64,000 bases of DNA. Origin: Candidatus Heimdallarchaeota archaeon. Lineage in GTDB: Archaea > Asgardarchaeota > Heimdallarchaeia > Hodarchaeales > Hodarchaeaceae. This document shows, piece by piece, positions 58,333 through 64,000 of this stretch (the first letter of the stretch is position 1; each line of letters starts with the position of its first letter). The notes beneath the pieces are model-generated. The model saw only the letters and a list, made by a program, of their open reading frames with translations. It did no database searches and was not told the origin of the DNA. The position numbers were made by a program, and so were the translations under genes. The DNA lies in the NCBI GenBank assembly GCA_020353515.1, contig CP070695.1:1399637-1463636 (forward strand), read 5' to 3'.

Positions 58333-60768
58333 TTACAATCTATCATAGTAATCTTCTGGTTTGGGGGGAAGAGGGTGATGAAAACCTTTACGCTTACGGG
58401 TTGCAATAACAAATTGTCGGGCTAATCCTCCACCTTCTTCTTCAGGTTTTGTTGGGTCTCCTGGTACTTTCTCCCAATGGTCAAATACCATTTGACTGAA
58501 AGCAAATCCAGAGGTTTCGGATCGCAATTCCGTTGTGATCCCAAATGATTCAGTAACAGGAACCTCCGCAATAATAATATTTAGTGGGGTGCCTTCTCTT
58601 TTCTGAGTATCAATCACACGGCCCCTTCTTCTGGTGAGAACCTTATAGACATTCCCTAAGTATTGTTCAGGGACTTGAACTTGAACCTTATAGATAGGTT
58701 CCAAGAGGATAGGTTCCGCCATTAACATGGCTCCAAAACAAGCTCTACGAGAGACTGGCATGACTTGTCCTGCGCCACGATGGACTGGATCTTCGTGGAG
58801 CTTCACATCTTCGAGCATGAATCGTAATCCATAAAAAGGCTCACCACATAAAGGCCCCTCCTTAGCTGCCCAACGAAAACCCTGGATAATGTAATCTTTC
58901 ACTTCTCTGAGATATTGAACTCCCTTGGTAGCATCGATAAAGAAATTTGGATCATCTTCTTCAGGACCCATTCCCCAAACCTTTCGTCCAGCTTTTGCTT
59001 CCCATCCTGCTTTGTCTCTAAGAAGCTGAGCCATTTCTTTGCGATCTGTATATTGGTGAATTTCTCCATTTTCAATTAGTTCGATAGCACCAGAATCTAG
59101 GGGTCCCGCACGAACCCATAATCGGTTATGTTTATTGGGTGACTTTGCTAAGGACTGTTGATATGATTCCCCTTGAACTGACTCCCGAAAAACAACAATA
59201 GGTTCACTTTGCATTACTTCAATGTGTTGAAGGTCTTGAAGGTCCTTCACCGCAATTTCAAGATGGAGTTCTCCAGTTCCAGAAAGTAAATACTCCCCTG
59301 TTTCTTCGTTGATTTTTGTCTTTAAGGAAGGATCGACCAACTCCATAAGCTGCATCCCTTCTGCCAGTTTTGGTAGCTCGCTTGGAGTTTTTGCTTCTAT
59401 AGCAATGGTGACAACTGGTTCTACAGCGTAGGAAAGGGCATGGAATGGCATTACTGTTTCTAGACTAGTTATTGTGCTACTAGCTGTAGCTCCGCGTAAT
59501 CCCTGTAAAGCAACAATATTTCCTGCAGGAATTTCTTCAACCTTTTCTGTCTTTGCTCCCATGAGCATTGAAACCTGCTGTATATTGGTCGTAAATCGCC
59601 GTTCTTTGCCTCCTGGTTTATAACCTGGAAGTAATGCTGTAATTTTTTGACCAGCTTTTACTTTACCTGAAAAGATCCTACCCATGGCAATTATTCGCTT
59701 TGCCTTACCTGGAATCATTTTAGACAATGCAATCATTACCGGTGCATCTTCGTTGCATTCTAACAGTCCCTTCCCTTCTTCTGTCTCAAAATCTCCCGTC
59801 CAGAAGCTTTTAAAGCGATATTCCTGTGCTGCTAGAGGTGATGGACAAAACTGAACCACCATATCCAATACAGCCTTTTCTACAGGTAGCCACTTTTCTA
59901 ATAGAGCTTTTGCAATCCTTTTTGGTGGTTCTAGCCAGACAGTCTCATCTAATCGTAATTCTAATTGCTTTGCTACCTTTTTAAGAGAATCTAAATCATT
60001 ATCTTCAGCTTTTTGATATATTTCATAAGTTGGTTTTAAAACACCATTTACAAAATTATTTTTCATCCAAAGGTTTTTGATCAATTTATCAATTGGTTGT
60101 CCTGTTTTTTCATGCCAAATTTCAGCTAAAGCGGGAATCGTTAATCCAAAACGATGAATTGCCGAACCAAAAGCGACAGTACCTTGCCGAGGATCTACAC
60201 GCCAAATTTTTTTGTATTCAGGAGGCGCATAAGTCTCAATTAAAACATTAAAGTCACTAATTATCGTCTTAAACTTTTCATAAGCATCTTCAGGTGACAT
60301 TCGCATTTCAGTAATTAATCGGTCAACTTTGTTGATAATCAAAACAGGACGAACTCGTTCTGCTAACGCTTGTTGGGTAACAACTTCAGTTTGAACCATG
60401 ACTCCCTCAACAGCGTCAACAAGCACCAGAGCGCCATCAACCACTCGTAAAGCTGAAGTAACTTCTCCAGAAAAATCAACGTGTCCAGGGGTATCTTGAA
60501 GATTTATAAGGAAAGTTTTTTGATCAAATTCATGGATAAGGGATATTCCAGTGGTTTTAATGGTAATCCCGCGTTCTTGTTCATCATCCCGCGTATCAGT
60601 AGCTCGTGCTTCTCCAGCAATTTTTTCTGCCAGAAGACCGCAGGCCGCAAGAAGAGAATCAGTGAGTGTGCTTTTCCCATGATCTATATGAGCGATCACG
60701 CCGAGATTACGTACTAAATCTCGATTGTAAAGTAATTTTTGGGCTTCTTCAACTGTGAATTTCGGCAT
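58333..60768 (-). CDS. fusA: Elongation factor 2, 811 aa, with eukaryote-like insertions
   Basis: AHIDHGKS, ERGITI, DTPGHVDF, NKVD, GTGELHLE, KSPNKHN, HEDPVHRG diphthamide loop, RKRKG. Confidence 0.97.
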   Translation of the reverse strand: MPKFTVEEAQKLLYNRDLVRNLGVIAHIDHGKSTLTDSLLAACGLLAEKIAGEARATDTRDDEQERGITIKTTGISLIHEFDQKTFLINLQDTPGHVDFSGEVTSALRVVDGALVLVDAVEGVMVQTEVVTQQALAERVRPVLIINKVDRLITEMRMSPEDAYEKFKTIISDFNVLIETYAPPEYKKIWRVDPRQGTVAFGSAIHRFGLTIPALAEIWHEKTGQPIDKLIKNLWMKNNFVNGVLKPTYEIYQKAEDNDLDSLKKVAKQLELRLDETVWLEPPKRIAKALLEKWLPVEKAVLDMVVQFCPSPLAAQEYRFKSFWTGDFETEEGKGLLECNEDAPVMIALSKMIPGKAKRIIAMGRIFSGKVKAGQKITALLPGYKPGGKERRFTTNIQQVSMLMGAKTEKVEEIPAGNIVALQGLRGATASSTITSLETVMPFHALSYAVEPVVTIAIEAKTPSELPKLAEGMQLMELVDPSLKTKINEETGEYLLSGTGELHLEIAVKDLQDLQHIEVMQSEPIVVFRESVQGESYQQSLAKSPNKHNRLWVRAGPLDSGAIELIENGEIHQYTDRKEMAQLLRDKAGWEAKAGRKVWGMGPEEDDPNFFIDATKGVQYLREVKDYIIQGFRWAAKEGPLCGEPFYGLRFMLEDVKLHEDPVHRGAGQVMPVSRRACFGAMLMAEPILLEPIYKVQVQVPEQYLGNVYKVLTRRRGRVIDTQKREGTPLNIIIAEVPVTESFGITTELRSETSGFAFSQMVFDHWEKVPGDPTKPEEEGGGLARQFVIATRKRKGFHHPLPPKPEDYYDRL

Positions 60769-61167
60769 TTATATTGTCTCCAAAAAATCAGACTAAATGA
60801 TATTATTTCCATTTTAGTTTATGGAAATGCTACCTTTCCTCAGATAATAAGTAATTTACCTCTTAAAAGTGGTTATATCTTTATTTAGAGTGTTTCAAGA
60901 ATTACATATTTGAACTTCGATTATTACGATTATTAACATGACATTTTCTACAATAGTCAATTGACTTTCACTTATATCCACTTTTTTTCAGGAGTCTTTT
61001 TTCAAAGAAGAAATTATCAACCATTATAGAATGACTATCAATTGAATCGTTTTGATCCTTCCAAACAATTTGCTTATGATTCATTCATTAAAGTCGCTCC
61101 TGAGGATGTAATTTTCAAGACCGATCAATTAACTGCCTTCAATATCCCAAAAAAATTGTGAAATGTA

Positions 61168-61392
61168 ATGATTGAAAAGGACAAAGTCAATGCTATCCTT
61201 CGTGAATTTCAAGACATTTTAAAGAAGTACCGTCCCAACACCTCGGAATTACAGTTAATAAATTCAAAAATTTCGCAAATGACGGCAAGAAATATTGAAA
61301 AACAATTTGGAAAAACAACTTCCTCGCCACGACGAAAGCCCCCTGCCCCTAAACCAGTTAAGAAAAAATGGCATAAGATAAAAATCGATTAA
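61168..61392 (+). CDS. Small basic hypothetical protein
   Basis: 74 aa, helical N-terminus, K/P/R-rich tail. Confidence 0.4.
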   Translation: MIEKDKVNAILREFQDILKKYRPNTSELQLINSKISQMTARNIEKQFGKTTSSPRRKPPAPKPVKKKWHKIKID

Positions 61393-61497
61393 TTCCTTGT
61401 TGTGATAAATTCTGTATACTTCTATTTAGAACACAATTTTTTTTAAACTACCAAAATGGGAGTCCACACTATCTTCTAAATTATTTGCTGGATTGTT

Positions 61498-62172
61498 ATG
61501 GCTAAAATTAGAGTTAAAATTATGTTACATCTCTATGCCATCCCCATTCTCCTTACTTTCTTTCATCTTTGCTACCGTATTAAAATCTGGGGAAAAAAAT
61601 ATGTTCCTGCAAGGGGTTGGAATAATAAAGGAATCATTATTATGGCAAATCACCGATCTCTTCTGGATCCTTTTTTAATCGGTTTAACAGCTTTTCCTAG
61701 ATTTTACAAGCCCTTTTTTTATCCTGCAGATGCTAAATTGTGGAAACTCTCCCTATTCCGACCAATCCTGCATGGTATGAATTGTTTTCCAGTTTTTAAA
61801 GGTTCGAAAAAAATGGATATAATAAAATATCACATTGCAGTAGTAAAAAACGGAGGATCGGTTTGTTACTTCCCTGAAGGAGCTCGAACTAAGGATGGCA
61901 AACTACAACCTGGGAAGTTAGGAGCAGGTCTAATAGCTCATTCTACTCGTGCTTTGGTCATTCCGTGCGCTGTTCAGAATACTGATATTGCTATGCCAGT
62001 AGGAAAACCATTAACATTGGGAGGGGGCCCAAGAAAAATTACATTAAAAGTGAAATTTGGGCCTCCGCTTGATTTAAGGAAGTTCTATAAACTTCCAAGC
62101 TCTAAAGAAACATCCCAACAGATTAGTGATTACATAATGGGGAAGATTGCAGAGTTAATGGAAACGATTTAA
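61498..62172 (+). CDS. plsC: 1-acyl-glycerol-3-phosphate acyltransferase (PlsC/LPLAT family)
   Basis: ANHRSLLD (HxxxxD), YFPEGART, GKLGAG, VIPC, VKFGPPL. Confidence 0.85.
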   Translation: MAKIRVKIMLHLYAIPILLTFFHLCYRIKIWGKKYVPARGWNNKGIIIMANHRSLLDPFLIGLTAFPRFYKPFFYPADAKLWKLSLFRPILHGMNCFPVFKGSKKMDIIKYHIAVVKNGGSVCYFPEGARTKDGKLQPGKLGAGLIAHSTRALVIPCAVQNTDIAMPVGKPLTLGGGPRKITLKVKFGPPLDLRKFYKLPSSKETSQQISDYIMGKIAELMETI

Positions 62173-62188
62173 TCAGGAGAATTTTAAA

Positions 62189-63352
62189 TTGGTTCGTTTT
62201 GTGACAAAAGAGAAATTAAGCTATTTATACGATGAACTGGAAAATTCTGGGATTGATATCCTATATCTTACTGATTGGGAAGAAAACCGAAATGTGAATG
62301 TAAAATATCTTTCAGGTATTCCTGAGGATGCTAACTTATTCATCGATGTTCAGAATCAACAAACAGTACTCATTCCGCGAGATTTTCAGTTAGCTGAAGA
62401 GTATGCAGAAGCGGATCAGTTAATAAATACAGCAGAATTTGAGGGTGGAGTGGATCCTGCGACATCTGAAACTCTCAAGCAAATTTCAAGCTCTCACCCT
62501 AAAATTGGCGTTCTTAAGGAAATTCCATATCATCGTGTTAAAACCATTCTTGATCAAGTACCAGATGCCGAAATAGTGTTTAATCCGAAGAAGATTGATA
62601 CCTTACTAAACAGCCTTCGAGCAACCAAGTCTTCTTACGAGATTGCCTTATTAAAAAAATCAATAAAGATTAGTAACCAACTTGTAGATGAAATAGAGGA
62701 TCTCCTAACCACTGAAAACGAAATTAAGAGTGAAATTGACCTAGCGATTTTTGTAGAAACCCAGATGCGTAGGTTGGGTGCTCAAGGAATCGGATTTGAG
62801 ACTATGGTGGCAAGTAGTGCCCGATCGTGGCAGATCCATACCTATCCACGTGTGGATCCAGAATTACCACTTTGTCGTCCTGGTTTAGCACTGATTGATT
62901 TTGGTGTTGATGCAGAAGGGTATACTTCCGACGTTACACTACCATTTGTCATGGGGATCATGAATAAGAAAATGAAAACGATAGTAGAAACAGTGCAACA
63001 GGCTCACGATGAGGCAATTGACGCCCTTAAAGACAATCATTTTCTCCATGATGTAGCAGAAGTCGCATTCAATATAATTGAAGCAGCAGGTTTCAAAATG
63101 CCCCATGGATTAGGCCATGGTATAGGATTAACAGTTCATGATTCCCCATTTATTAGACGAAAGTCTACTAATGAACTTTCACTGAAAAATTGGGTCGATA
63201 TAGAATTAGAAGAAGGTATGGTCTTTACAGTTGAACCAGGGATCTATGAAAAGGATGTAGGTGGATTTCGTCTCGAAAATGATATTATTATAACAACAAA
63301 AGGCGCCGAGGTTGTTACAAATTCTCATCCAATTTTTATCGGTTTATCTTAA
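62189..63352 (+). CDS. Xaa-Pro aminopeptidase / prolidase (M24B)
   Basis: LRATKS..EI, IDFG..GYTSDVT, HGLGHGIGL.VHD, TVEPGIY, GFRLEND. Confidence 0.92.
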   Translation: MVRFVTKEKLSYLYDELENSGIDILYLTDWEENRNVNVKYLSGIPEDANLFIDVQNQQTVLIPRDFQLAEEYAEADQLINTAEFEGGVDPATSETLKQISSSHPKIGVLKEIPYHRVKTILDQVPDAEIVFNPKKIDTLLNSLRATKSSYEIALLKKSIKISNQLVDEIEDLLTTENEIKSEIDLAIFVETQMRRLGAQGIGFETMVASSARSWQIHTYPRVDPELPLCRPGLALIDFGVDAEGYTSDVTLPFVMGIMNKKMKTIVETVQQAHDEAIDALKDNHFLHDVAEVAFNIIEAAGFKMPHGLGHGIGLTVHDSPFIRRKSTNELSLKNWVDIELEEGMVFTVEPGIYEKDVGGFRLENDIIITTKGAEVVTNSHPIFIGLS

Positions 63353-63423
63353 AGAATGAAACTTTTTCGTATATTTGTTATTTAAAGAAAAGGCTTGCTT
63401 CTTTCATGATTAATTGACTGTTA

Positions 63424-63969
63424 TTAACTTGGAGTAATGAAATCTCCAAGATATTGTCTTTGATTCTTATCACAGAATACAATAGAAAGGTTCCAATCTG
63501 AAACAAACGTAACCCCACTTAATACGATTTTAAAATCATAATTTTGAATTTGATTTAACATTTTTATTTGATTAGGAGAAAAAGAAAACTGAAAAGGTGA
63601 CCATGTATTTATCCCTGTTCGTGACTTTACTTCAATAACATATCCCTTTAGCCAGGGTAAATTGTTTTTTGCTTTTAAAAATCGAGTTAATCCTTCTTTT
63701 TCAGAAAAATACTGGTAAATAATTTCTTCAGGTTTGAATTCATTTTCTCTATGATAAGGAGCTATCCCAAGAAAATCCATTGTTTGTTGGTTTTTTCGTA
63801 TGAAATCGACATATCTCCCCACAATTGACGCTTTATCTAGATATTTCAGTACTGTTGAAGGACGAACAATTAAAATTGGGAAGCGTTGAGTAAGTATATA
63901 GCGTGTAAATTCTTCTGCGATTAAACCTCTAAGGACTGTATTTTCTCCCGTTAAAAGATTGTAAAGCAT
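63424..63969 (-). CDS. PD-(D/E)xK nuclease-like protein
   Basis: GLIAEE helix, MDFLG, VIEVKSR, FSPNQ. Confidence 0.6.
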   Translation of the reverse strand: MLYNLLTGENTVLRGLIAEEFTRYILTQRFPILIVRPSTVLKYLDKASIVGRYVDFIRKNQQTMDFLGIAPYHRENEFKPEEIIYQYFSEKEGLTRFLKAKNNLPWLKGYVIEVKSRTGINTWSPFQFSFSPNQIKMLNQIQNYDFKIVLSGVTFVSDWNLSIVFCDKNQRQYLGDFITPS

Positions 63970-64000
63970 GAATTAAACCTCAAATATTTTCTTTTCGTAT

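Noticed and set aside
61042-61161. About 40-codon TTG-started frame upstream of 61168
   Set aside because: Too short, no clear ribosome site or motif.
58114-64000. tRNA as integration site of a mobile element
   Set aside because: No integrase, no repeated tRNA 3' end noticed, and flanking genes are housekeeping.
1-64000. CRISPR arrays, rRNA genes, IS elements
   Set aside because: No regularly spaced repeats, no long GC-rich non-coding tract and no transposase-like ORF were seen.

Overview
AT-rich, gene-dense archaeal chromosomal segment. Gene content (PolD DP2, GatDE, RadA, eS26, roadblock protein, tRNA with BHB intron, many PGF/Heimdall-CTERM-like surface proteins, and an 811-aa EF-2 with a eukaryote-like G' insertion) points to an Asgard archaeon, most likely Heimdallarchaeia/Hodarchaeales-like (inference). 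Housekeeping genes: serA-like, ychF, glmU, gatE-gatD, rqcH, rio2, lsm, rps26e, tRNA-Arg(TCG), EF-2, plsC-like, pepP-like, and a de novo pyrimidine cluster (pyrE/F/C/K/D/I/B). Two loci stand out. (1) 17.6-30.2 kb: a Tad/type IV pilus operon (5 pilin-like genes, VirB11/FlaI ATPase, two TadB/C-type platform proteins) that ends in a strongly diverged, apparently catalytically inactivated PolD large subunit (RNCDGDED changed to RNCNGDID) and is transcribed divergently from radA; a candidate DNA uptake/recombination module. (2) 38.5-50.9 kb: two surface-anchored nuclease/phosphoesterase genes (S1/P1-like and EEP) bracket an ABC importer whose binding protein has an Ig stalk, next to an NMP-kinase/nucleoside-deoxyribosyltransferase fusion, a HAD phosphatase and the pyr cluster; a candidate extracellular nucleic-acid scavenging system. 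No CRISPR array, rRNA or recognisable mobile element was seen. All family assignments come from motif recognition by eye, not database searches.
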